From Candidatus Parvarchaeota archaeon (GTDB lineage: Archaea; Nanobdellota; Nanobdellia; Parvarchaeales; Parvarchaeaceae), in assembly GCA_023269965.1 (NCBI GenBank), contig JAGDXU010000026.1:1-54423 (forward strand): DNA of 54,423 nt, read 5' to 3'. The position numbers were made by a program, and so were the translations under genes. Position 1 is the first letter of the stretch. Each line of letters begins with the position of its first letter. The notes under the pieces were generated by a model. That model worked only from the letters and a program-made list of their open reading frames with translations. It did no database searches and had not been told where the DNA came from. Positions 1 through 8,354 of the stretch are shown piece by piece.

Positions 1-512
1 TTGGGCCATAGGTATTACCGCGGCTGCTGGCACCTATTTGCCCAGCCCTTATTCTTAGTACCATTTAAAAATACTATAAAAGTTCTTTCCAAAAAGAAAA
101 GAACACTTGGGGTCCCCCTATCACGCTTTCGCGCATTGTAAAGTTTTCGGGACTGCTGCACGCCGTAGCGCTAGGGTCCTTGTCTAAGTACCCTTCTGAG
201 GGAAACCACGCTTATGGCCCTTACTGATCGTAGATTTGGTGGGCCGTTACCTCACCAACAGTCTAATCAGGCACAGACCGATTGCGACGCTGAATACTGC
301 GGTATCAGCAGTAAACATTTTCACAATAAGATCATTTCAGAAATTATTGCTATGGAGATTTACTCTCAGTTTCCCGAGGATATTCCCCTCATCGCCGTAC
401 GTTATCTGTGTGTTGCCTCAGCCGTACGCCATCCACTATTACCTAGCAGATTCGACTTGCATGTCTCATTCGAACCCCAATAGCAGTGACCTCCAGCAGG
501 ATCAACTGGAAT
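1..512 (-). rRNA. rrs: 16S rRNA gene, 5' portion (continues beyond window start)
   Basis: Reverse complement of 15-33 is GTGCCAGCAGCCGCGGTAA (universal 515 region). Reverse complement of 491-512 is ATTCCAGTTGATCCTGCTGGAG, the archaeal 16S 5' end. Exact mature 5' end is approximate. Confidence 0.97.
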
Positions 513-692
513 TGTGGATCTGGAGTCCATCATGCATTAACATCTCTTATATGCACTCATATCTCTCATCTGCTTTTTTTGAAAAGCATCGAATTGCATT
601 TGGTCTACAAATGGAAAGGTGTTTTCATCGTACCAAAAAAGGCACTCCGCACACACCGAGTTTGTAGATACTCTATTTACATCAATCACCAG

Positions 693-708
693 TATATAAA
701 TTTTATCT
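693..708 (-). promoter_or_regulatory. Putative BRE/TATA promoter of the 16S rRNA precursor
   Basis: Minus strand reads AGATAAAA-TTTATATA, about 180 nt upstream of the 16S 5' end. Confidence 0.5.
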
Positions 709-803
709 AAATTCATTTCCACATGGATAGTTGTTTTATTTGCTCTAAAATTTTGATATCCAAACATGTGATATTGCAACACAACGCTTTAATAGGGCAT
801 GTA

Positions 804-1097
804 TTAACTGATTAGCTTGTCTATATCTAAACCTTTTGACCTAAGATAATCCCATGTGTTCTTCTCATACTTGTACATGACATCGCCTTTTTTATCCTTC
901 TCTATGTCCCACGGCTTCACTATGACTATATCACCTTCTCTTACCCATAGATACCTGCTTATGCTGCCCTTTATGACGCAAAGTCTCGTCTTGTCATCGC
1001 TGCATTTGACATACATTCTGCCGAAGCCCAAGAGCTGTGTCACGTATCCAAACACTTCTCCATTCTTCGGCATTCTAAAATGCGGAGCTTCTACCAT
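804..1097 (-). CDS. eif1a: Translation initiation factor aIF-1A
   Basis: GEVFGYVTQLLG..RMYVKCSD.KTRLC..G....LWVREGDIVIVKPW...KGDV pattern of aIF1A; 97 aa. Confidence 0.93.
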   Translation of the reverse strand: MVEAPHFRMPKNGEVFGYVTQLLGFGRMYVKCSDDKTRLCVIKGSISRYLWVREGDIVIVKPWDIEKDKKGDVMYKYEKNTWDYLRSKGLDIDKLIS

Positions 1098-1157
1098 ATC
1101 ACTCTAAACTTAGGAGAATATCCTATTAATTCCTTTAATTTTTCTTAAAAATCAAAT

Positions 1158-1949
1158 CTAAAGCATCTTTCTTTTGACGAACTTATCTGTAAGGCCTAGA
1201 TAAACGCCTAAAGAGTAAGCAGTTCTAAGATCTATATCAGTAGGAACTTGAAACTTGTTTCCAAGTACAGTGACCTCTGCTTGGTATATACCGATAGGCT
1301 CACCGTTTTGATCATAAGTCATCATCGGAACGATTGTGCCATCCTTTGGGCGTGGGAAATCATATGAGTCAGCAAGCTTCTTCGCATATGACATCGGCAG
1401 TATTCCCGGGCCCCTGCTGACGTATATATCTTCCAGTTTGAAGTACTTTTCTACTTTTCCCCTGAACTCCCCCGCAAGGTAAGCAGGGTTTATAAACTCT
1501 ACGTACACGCCACCCTGAGGCGAATTAAGATCATTCATAAAAGTATATGTAGGACCTATCTTTTCATGCGTTTCTATCTTAAATGGTCCCCTAAGTGGGT
1601 AATATTTACTCTTACCATCTGTTATCTCTTCTAGTAGCAACACAGCATCCCCATCACTCAAGTCTAGTCGTTTAAGTACGTCCGGATTCACCCAAATGCT
1701 ATTAGGTGATACCTGCGGATTATACTTTATAGTGCCTGGCGGTATAACAGAAGATCCAACCTCTGACAGAAGATCCTCTAAGTTTGCCACTTTTCTAGTC
1801 ATTGCCTTTTTTTCTTCTACCTTATTTTCAACTTCTCTTTTAATGTAGTTGACATTAGAGTATATACTAGAGTATATACCCTTTCCTAAATCTTTAGTAC
1901 CTTTATATACTGAGTCTCCTATGCTCTTGAACGTGTCTTTCAGGCTCAT
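1158..1949 (-). CDS. Hypothetical protein; possible double-psi beta-barrel (CDC48 N-like) segment
   Basis: 263-aa ORF with GGAGG SD and ATGA overlap with the upstream gene. The segment IWVNPDVLKRLDLSDGDAVLL resembles the CDC48_N/DPBB motif. Confidence 0.7.
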   Translation of the reverse strand: MSLKDTFKSIGDSVYKGTKDLGKGIYSSIYSNVNYIKREVENKVEEKKAMTRKVANLEDLLSEVGSSVIPPGTIKYNPQVSPNSIWVNPDVLKRLDLSDGDAVLLLEEITDGKSKYYPLRGPFKIETHEKIGPTYTFMNDLNSPQGGVYVEFINPAYLAGEFRGKVEKYFKLEDIYVSRGPGILPMSYAKKLADSYDFPRPKDGTIVPMMTYDQNGEPIGIYQAEVTVLGNKFQVPTDIDLRTAYSLGVYLGLTDKFVKRKML

Positions 1950-2812
1950 ACTTCCTCCATCTCCTTGGTTACCTGCTCTGGGTTCTCATCTCTCAATGCC
2001 TTCAATAAAAGCTCTAGCTGGCTGGCACGAACCGGCTTCTTGGAGAATATTTCCAATCTAGGCCCAACAATGTTTCCTTTCAAAAAGTTATAAGAAGCCT
2101 TTAAAACCTTCTTTTCTAATCCTTCTCTCTTCTCATAAGCAATTGTCTTTCCATTTGAATTGTAGTCATCTGAACCGTCAATTCTCCAGTGTGTGTAGCC
2201 TCTTATCTCAAAGGACTCATTCTTTATGTGCGCGTTTATTAAATCACGCTCTAGATGGCCTATATTAAGACCGAGATTGCTCGCTTTCTCTGCAATGTTT
2301 AGAAGTCCCTCCCTATACATATTCATGTCATATTTCGGTTTCCTATCATAGAACCTGTAACCGTAGATCGCTTTGAAGGTCACCAATGGCCTAGTTTCAC
2401 CTGTTTCATTATCTTTGTAGTATACTATGTTACCTCCACTGTCAATGTAAGGATCAACGGAGTAATCTAATAGATCCAAACCGCAGGATTTATCTGGGAA
2501 AACAAGTGCGCGTTCCTCTAGTCTATCCAATCTTTGATGCTCTAGAATAGTATTCTCTTGATTAGCTTGGGCTGCTCTTCCGCTCTCTACTTTAACATAT
2601 AAACTTGCTAGCTCTGGATCTGCATATATGTCTCCTATACTTCCACCACGCTTACCTAGTTGACTGTCAATCTTACTGGCAAAGTCGTCTATTCTATTTC
2701 TAAATGGCTGATTCTCCTGGCTAACATCAGGGCCCTCTTTGCCAGGGATATTATTCGGAGCGTATCCAGTAAAGTTGTACTGCATTCCATTCGGTTTAAT
2801 ACTTCTTTTCAT
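1946..2812 (-). CDS. Hypothetical protein
   Basis: Long ORF. ATG at 2812 (MKRSIK) is preferred over the upstream TTG at 2869. No recognisable motif. Confidence 0.7.
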   Translation of the reverse strand: MKRSIKPNGMQYNFTGYAPNNIPGKEGPDVSQENQPFRNRIDDFASKIDSQLGKRGGSIGDIYADPELASLYVKVESGRAAQANQENTILEHQRLDRLEERALVFPDKSCGLDLLDYSVDPYIDSGGNIVYYKDNETGETRPLVTFKAIYGYRFYDRKPKYDMNMYREGLLNIAEKASNLGLNIGHLERDLINAHIKNESFEIRGYTHWRIDGSDDYNSNGKTIAYEKREGLEKKVLKASYNFLKGNIVGPRLEIFSKKPVRASQLELLLKALRDENPEQVTKEMEEV

Positions 2813-2919
2813 ATTAATCACTATGAAGTAATAGATTATAACTAATATAAATACTTTTCTAAATAGCAATTCAAAAAGAATTTCTATCCCCCCTTAAGTC
2901 AACAAAGATCTTCAAAGGA

Positions 2920-3531
2920 CTATATATATGCAGACTTGAATTTATTATATCGATTTTCTATTGACTTCCAGTCTAAATTCGAAAAGAATGGCTCTAAGTA
3001 CTTCGCTTTATCCGGGCCATAATCTACATAGAAGGCGTGTTCATACACGTCTAAAGCGATTATCGGTATAGCACCCCAGACTGCCCCATCATTATGAGCA
3101 TCAGCAAGAAACACTCTTAACTTACCATCAGTTGGGTCTATACATAAGACCGCCCACCCTCTTGCTGCCTTTGCTACTGAGAACAGTTCCTGCTTAAAAT
3201 TATCGAAACTCCCAAAGTCCTCATTTATTTTCTTGATGATATCCATATCATCAGAGAAAGTACCATCACCACCTAGCATATCAAAATAAAGCTCGTGCAG
3301 GATCTGCCCACTCGCATTGAATGTTTCCTCTTTCTTCAGCGATCTGAAATCACTGAAATTCGCATTTGCCTGAGTCTTGTCAACAGTCTTCAGCTTTGTG
3401 TGTATCTCATTTCTCTTCTTTACGTACCCTGCGTAGTGCACGTCATGATGGAACGCTAGCTGCTTAGCTGACAATCCCTTCAATTCTTTGTACTTCAAGT
3501 TTTTCACTTCATACTGTATGTCATAGTTCAT
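2920..3531 (-). CDS. sod: Fe/Mn superoxide dismutase
   Basis: HHDVHYAGYV, FNASGQILHELYF, FGSFDNFK and DVYEHAFY metal-ligand motifs; GGAGG SD. Confidence 0.96.
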   Translation of the reverse strand: MNYDIQYEVKNLKYKELKGLSAKQLAFHHDVHYAGYVKKRNEIHTKLKTVDKTQANANFSDFRSLKKEETFNASGQILHELYFDMLGGDGTFSDDMDIIKKINEDFGSFDNFKQELFSVAKAARGWAVLCIDPTDGKLRVFLADAHNDGAVWGAIPIIALDVYEHAFYVDYGPDKAKYLEPFFSNLDWKSIENRYNKFKSAYI

Positions 3532-3671
3532 ATTTTTACCTCCTTATTTGAACCTAGAATTCAAAAATATCAATGATGCACATAAATTAATACTTTTTGT
3601 CATACACTAGTATAATTACATATGTAAAAATACCAGAAAACTTATTATAGAGGTAGTGTATCTGGATAAGT

Positions 3672-3935
3672 ATGCCAAGATATGAAGTTGCGGATGATCT
3701 AAATGAGAGAACCAAGGATTTGAGTAGAGCCAGACAGTCTCTGATTGAGGAGATCGAAGCGATAATGTTCTATGACGAAAGAGCAGCCGCTACAAAAGAC
3801 AAAGACTTGAGAGAGGTTATAATACACAACAGAGACGATGAAAAGGAGCATGCAAGTTTACTGTTAGAATGGCTAAGGGAACACGATGAAGCTCTTGACA
3901 AAGAACTGAAGAAAAGCTTGTTCTCAAAGAAGTGA
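3672..3935 (+). CDS. Encapsulated-ferritin-like (EncFtn/Flp) protein, without cargo-loading peptide
   Basis: SLIEEIEAIMFYDER...HNRDDEKEHASLLLEWLR matches the EncFtn ferroxidase signature (EExEA..Y, HNRDEEKEH). Confidence 0.88.
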   Translation: MPRYEVADDLNERTKDLSRARQSLIEEIEAIMFYDERAAATKDKDLREVIIHNRDDEKEHASLLLEWLREHDEALDKELKKSLFSKK

Positions 3936-3999
3936 TGTGGGTCTTATTTGCTTATTAGATTCACTTTATATTTCTTGATTTTCTCACACGCAGATGGGC

Positions 4000-4113
4000 T
4001 GGGGTCGTTGGGATTTGAACCCAAATCAAGCGGTTTCTTCTAATCATCCTTTTTACAGTCATTTTTCCAGTCTAGCTGGAGCCGCCTATTCTACCAGGTT
4101 AGACTACGACCCC
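4000..4113 (-). tRNA. tRNA-Trp(CCA) with a 41-nt intron at 37/38 (4035-4075)
   Basis: Acceptor stem GGGGTCG/CGACCCC, GTTCAAATC T-loop, anticodon arm GGCGG-CT-CCA-G|intron|A-CCGCT. Confidence 0.93.
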
Positions 4114-4644
4114 TCATGTAAATATCCTGTACTTATCAGCTTCGTTTAACTCAGATATTATTCGCTCTCTTATGCTTCTTCTGATATCAAACTGCAATTC
4201 TACGCGTTTGTTTATATCATCATAACCTGTGAATGGGCTCTTCGTACGTTCACTTATGACTCTTTGAAAAGTCTTTGACCCTATACCAGGTATAAGCTCA
4301 AGGGAGTGTAACTTGACATTTATAGGCCCCAATCTGTTGATTATATCCACAAATCTCTTTTCATCTTCCACTATTTTTTTGTCAAGTATCTCATTTAACA
4401 GTTCTCTGCCCTTTTCGCCAACTTTGCTCAAGGGTATCCTGCTTATTATATGGTGGATATCATCTCTCTTGCCTTCGCCTATATAGACTTTCTTCCCAAC
4501 GTCTATCTTGCCTTCTTTCTTGACGCTCGCAAGGAGAAGATCTAGTGATTCTGTGAGTAAAATTGCAGATGGCCTTCTATCCTTTGAGTCTGACATCCCG
4601 TATGGAAAGTACTCTAACACATACGCATATTCATCTTTTCCCAT
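4114..4644 (-). CDS. DUF655 family putative RNA-binding protein
   Basis: EYAYVLEYFPYG, VYIGEGKRD, LHSLELIPGIG (HhH), KYRIF; conserved position after rpl21e-rpoF. Confidence 0.9.
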   Translation of the reverse strand: MGKDEYAYVLEYFPYGMSDSKDRRPSAILLTESLDLLLASVKKEGKIDVGKKVYIGEGKRDDIHHIISRIPLSKVGEKGRELLNEILDKKIVEDEKRFVDIINRLGPINVKLHSLELIPGIGSKTFQRVISERTKSPFTGYDDINKRVELQFDIRRSIRERIISELNEADKYRIFT

Positions 4645-4656
4645 ATAGAAACTAAC

Positions 4657-4980
4657 TCACTGGAACTTTTTTAAGGTTGCTATGATGCTGTTTAGGCTTT
4701 CCTCCGGTATAGCCAGCTTCAATGGAGAAAGGATAGCCCTAAGCTGATCTGGAGAATTAGGGCATATATCGATTATCATCCTTAAATAATCATCCCTGAG
4801 ATTAAGGTTTAAGTTAGATAGCGCCTTAAATGCATTTTCAAAGTCCTTTATCTTCACATTTTTATCAATATGCTCTAATAGCTTCTTGCCAAAATCATAT
4901 CCCTGATCTATGAATTTAGAGTAGTTCTCCTTAAGTTCTGTCTCCCCCAGCATTGTCTCATCAATTAATTCGTATTCCAT
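4657..4980 (-). CDS. rpoF: RNA polymerase subunit Rpo4 (RpoF)
   Basis: IIDICPNSPDQLRAIL HRDC-like motif; synteny rpl21e-rpoF-DUF655. Confidence 0.85.
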   Translation of the reverse strand: MEYELIDETMLGETELKENYSKFIDQGYDFGKKLLEHIDKNVKIKDFENAFKALSNLNLNLRDDYLRMIIDICPNSPDQLRAILSPLKLAIPEESLNSIIATLKKFQ

Positions 4981-4981
4981 A

Positions 4982-5269
4982 TCATAATTTCTTCAAATGA
5001 ACAGGAAGCACATCGATATACTTGAGCCTATTTCCGTCCTTTACCTCTATAGTGTAAGCTCGGCCTTTATCTTTGACCACACGGCCGGATGCGCCGAAAA
5101 ATCTCCTATGTGGTATGTTCCTTTGGAAAAACGGTTCAGGTTTTATTATTACATTGTCATTCACACTAAATGTCTGCAAGAACTTTCTTATAGGTACAGT
5201 CTTACGTTCATTATTGTCTCTTAATAACCTGTTCCTACTAGATTTATGCAAACCTTTACTTCTTTTCAT
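4982..5269 (-). CDS. rpl21e: 50S ribosomal protein eL21
   Basis: MKRSKG..SR..L, PHRRFFGASGRVV...GRAY, PVHLK. ATG at 5269 is preferred over GTG at 5290. Confidence 0.95.
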   Translation of the reverse strand: MKRSKGLHKSSRNRLLRDNNERKTVPIRKFLQTFSVNDNVIIKPEPFFQRNIPHRRFFGASGRVVKDKGRAYTIEVKDGNRLKYIDVLPVHLKKL

Positions 5270-5302
5270 ATCAAGTCCTAAGAAATACACCCCTTAAATA
5301 CT

Positions 5303-7048
5303 TTAGCTTTCTATACCTGGAATCTTAGGGAGGTTATCATTTGATGAATTGATTATCTTTATTATGCTGGTTATAGAGCCATTGCCTATCGTTCCGTTTG
5401 CTATACCGCCGATTATCGAGCTGTTACCTATGCGTATAGGGAAAGGATGCTCCTTAATTTCGCAGCTCCTTATAAGCATGCCCTCTTGGATCATCAAGGA
5501 TCTAATCTTACTGTTTATGGCTAGTATGGCCGACACATTTGAACTTGCCGCTACTGCAGATTGCTCTCCTGCCAGCTTCTTCAATTCATAGGATGTAGAA
5601 TTTAGAATGCCAGCTATCTGCGCTTTACATGTCGAATTTATTGATATGTTGCTCAGGAATCTCCCTATATTTTCGTTCTGGTCGTTTATATCGTCGCTTA
5701 TTTCATTCTGTATTTCAGTCTCGTTGAATCTATCATTTAAGAATGAATTGTTTATAATGGCCCTATGCATATAAGACTCATATAAATCTGAATTCATCTG
5801 GCTGTTTATTTGGGCTATCATGGACAGCGCAGCTGATATATTGTTAGATGATATTGACATATTAGCGTTCTTAGCCATACTCAACAAGCTGTCCAATTCC
5901 TTCGATAAAGATAAAGCAGTTGAGTTGTTTAAGCTTATGTTATATATTGATAGATTATAGTAATTTAATTTACTTAGTATATCAGAAAGTTGACCTTTAA
6001 TAGAACCGAGCTCCTTCGCTACATTTATAAGTGTCTTGTGTAACTCGCTTTCGTTCTCAAAGGCCTTATGAAACTGTTTAAGTAGACCAAATGCTGCATT
6101 CACAGCTGACTCTGATTCATAGGTGATATTATTATCTTTTAAGTAAGTGTCTATCTGTGCTACCACAGAAGGTATTCCAACAACCTTCACATCGGTTATA
6201 TTTTCTGTTTTTATGTACTTCACTATACCTGGCATTTGGGCTGTTACATTGCTAACCAACGCCATCGAAGAATTTACTGATGGAAGAGACCCTATTATCA
6301 TTGAAGCATTCCAAGCATTTTGGTTTACTCCGACAATTAAGTATCTGCTAACTTTCTCTGGAGGTACAAACGATTCATTTTCATTTGAATATCTGACCGA
6401 GGTACTCTTGCTAACCTGTGATTCAACGACTGGTAGAAGATCTTTAGGCCCGAAGAAAGTTATATTTGTTATATTATGACTTGAGAGGTATGACAGTACC
6501 GGTAAAGGAATGTTGTTGAAGTAAAGAGGGAATAATATGCATCTATTTCTAGCACTGTAGATACTGCCAGCGAATTGATATGAGTAGTACGAGGACGGAT
6601 TCTCATTGTATGGCACTATCACTGCACATGACGTATTAGCTGAAGGAAGGAAATAATCTGCTAAGTTTATAGCTGTCTCAGGGGCAGTTATACCAAAGAT
6701 TCTTAGAACGTTGAAACCGGCATTCTGCAAAGCCTGGACTGTTTGGTTAGATATAACCGCTGGGCCGCCCACTAATATTATATTCTTTATGCCCTGCGCA
6801 GTCAGGTTAGCTATCACCTGCGGAGATATTAAGGTTGAATTCAATGATATCACGGGTATGCCATAGAAAGATGCAAGTGGGTAAGATGAGAAGTAATCTA
6901 TAGAGTTTATACCTGTAGTGATTATAGCAGTATCACTCGATGAAGGCTGAAAATATGATATGTTCGGCAAAGCATGTGAAACTGTCACTAAGAACAGAGA
7001 AAGCAAGAATACCACGCCGAAATAAAGATATATGTTTTTCATCACCAT
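5303..7048 (-). CDS. Secreted/surface protein with cell-wall-binding repeat 2 (CWB2)-like domain
   Basis: N-terminal signal peptide; IILVGGPAVIS...RIFGITAPETA CWB2 motif; many N-x-S/T sequons; helical C-terminal half. Confidence 0.8.
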   Translation of the reverse strand: MVMKNIYLYFGVVFLLSLFLVTVSHALPNISYFQPSSSDTAIITTGINSIDYFSSYPLASFYGIPVISLNSTLISPQVIANLTAQGIKNIILVGGPAVISNQTVQALQNAGFNVLRIFGITAPETAINLADYFLPSANTSCAVIVPYNENPSSYYSYQFAGSIYSARNRCILFPLYFNNIPLPVLSYLSSHNITNITFFGPKDLLPVVESQVSKSTSVRYSNENESFVPPEKVSRYLIVGVNQNAWNASMIIGSLPSVNSSMALVSNVTAQMPGIVKYIKTENITDVKVVGIPSVVAQIDTYLKDNNITYESESAVNAAFGLLKQFHKAFENESELHKTLINVAKELGSIKGQLSDILSKLNYYNLSIYNISLNNSTALSLSKELDSLLSMAKNANMSISSNNISAALSMIAQINSQMNSDLYESYMHRAIINNSFLNDRFNETEIQNEISDDINDQNENIGRFLSNISINSTCKAQIAGILNSTSYELKKLAGEQSAVAASSNVSAILAINSKIRSLMIQEGMLIRSCEIKEHPFPIRIGNSSIIGGIANGTIGNGSITSIIKIINSSNDNLPKIPGIES

Positions 7049-7126
7049 ATCTTCTATTAACTTTTAAGCCTATTTAAACTTTGCGCCGGCCTGAACCACG
7101 CATTTTTTCTAAAAGAACACAAAACT

Positions 7127-7210
7127 TGCAGAGGAGGGGATTTGAACCCCCGAGGGCGCTAGGCCATAAGGTCCTTAGCCTTACGCGTTGGACCGCTTCG
7201 CTACCTCTGC
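7127..7210 (-). tRNA. tRNA-Leu(AAG)
   Basis: Acceptor stem GCAGAGG/CCTCTGC-A, anticodon arm TAAGG-CT-AAG-GA-CCTTA, long variable arm, GTTCAAATC. Confidence 0.93.
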
Positions 7211-7396
7211 ATTCCAGCTTATTATCTTATATTATCTATCTTTATTTTAATTTATATTCTATCCTGATATGATGCTATGCGCTCTCTTACTATAAAATAG
7301 TGGGCACTGTCTGCTGATCCTGAATGATTTAAAGACTTAAATAAAACTTCACTTCTACTAAATCAATATAAGGTAGATATAGACAGTGGGGGTTTT

Positions 7397-8047
7397 ATGC
7401 CGTATGTAGCTCTTGATGATAGAGAAAAATTGGACAGATATATCAACGATGTGGCCGACGATTTGGTCGAAAAGCTAAAGAAAGCCAAAACACCAGCAGA
7501 GCTATCAACAATTTATAAGCAAACATTTCTAGCGATAAACAAGACAATATACAATCTTTTAACAAAAAGACCAGCGGAAATTAAAACGAGTGAAGAAAGG
7601 TTGGCTAATAAAATATATGAGCTAGACAAGCATTACGGATATGACGCAGCCTTCAATGGGGAGCTCAATTATTCAATAACTAGAATAATACAGCTTACCC
7701 CAAAGAAGATGGTACAGCAGGGTTTATGGAAAGAAGAGCTGAGATATTGGGTATATTCCCAGACAGTAGGCGCACTGATAATGGCACAAGATGATGTGAA
7801 AAAAATCGCAGCGGAAATGAAAGACTCTTCTTCAGATTGGATATTTGATGGCATTGTTGGAGTTCTAGAGGATGTAAAAGATGAATACAAAAGAAGAGTC
7901 AATACAGCCTATGAAGCTGTACAAATCAAAAAATCAGGGGACTGCTACGATACGCCTTACCACACTGAACTTATCGACATTAAGGACAGCAATGGAAATG
8001 TAATAGGCTGGCAAGAAGTAATGAAAGACTACAGAAAGGACAAGTGA
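7397..8047 (+). CDS. Hypothetical protein, DUF6899-like (family assignment from memory)
   Basis: MPY....DR, GELNYSITR, GVLEDVKDEYKRRV..YE..I..SGDCY pattern, recalled from small phage/MGE-associated proteins. Confidence 0.65.
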   Translation: MPYVALDDREKLDRYINDVADDLVEKLKKAKTPAELSTIYKQTFLAINKTIYNLLTKRPAEIKTSEERLANKIYELDKHYGYDAAFNGELNYSITRIIQLTPKKMVQQGLWKEELRYWVYSQTVGALIMAQDDVKKIAAEMKDSSSDWIFDGIVGVLEDVKDEYKRRVNTAYEAVQIKKSGDCYDTPYHTELIDIKDSNGNVIGWQEVMKDYRKDK

Positions 8048-8094
8048 TAGTAATTTACATACCACATTTGAATCAGCTTTTTGATGCATTGAGT

Positions 8095-8278
8095 ACAGGA
8101 AAACATTTTTAAATAGAAAGAATGATAGAAAGGATGATAGCGTCCATAGGCCAGTGGCAAATCCCGTTCCCATTTCGAACACGGAAGATAATCGCTGGTG
8201 CGTCTCATGAGTAGTCAGTAAAATGGCAAAAATGAGTTGATGCTATCACTTAAATTGTTAAAAGGTGAAGATGATACA
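8095..8278 (+). repeat. 184-bp exact direct repeat, copy 1 (promoter + 5S rRNA + first codons of rps13)
   Basis: Identical by inspection to 9502-9685 (offset 1407). Confidence 0.97.
8135..8248 (+). rRNA. rrf: 5S rRNA, copy 1
   Basis: Terminal helix TGATAGCGTC/GATGCTATCA; conserved CCCGTTCCCATTTCGAACACGGAAG; about 114 nt. Confidence 0.9.
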
Positions 8279-8310
8279 TACGCGTTGGACCGCTTCGCTG
8301 CCTCTGCATT
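8279..8310 (-). repeat. Duplicated 5' fragment of tRNA-Leu(AAG) (att-like scar)
   Basis: tacgcgttggaccgcttcgctgcctctgcatt matches 7182-7213 at 31 of 32 positions. Confidence 0.9.
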
Positions 8311-8354
8311 TTGACTTATTGTCTGCTATTATTTCTTTTTTTCCAATTTATATC

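Noticed and set aside
214-782. ORFs 214-483, 236-667, 486-710 and 537-782
   Set aside because: They overlap the 16S rRNA gene or its leader/promoter and show no protein motifs.
4035-4075. tRNA-Trp intron as a complete C/D-box guide RNA, as in some Euryarchaeota
   Set aside because: It is only 41 nt and has no clear box D (CTGA) or C'/D' set.
7081-7272. ORFs overlapping RNA genes or their scars (7081-7272, 7934-8182, 26629-26886, 31075-31263)
   Set aside because: They are translations of tRNA or 5S sequence, or antisense to real genes.
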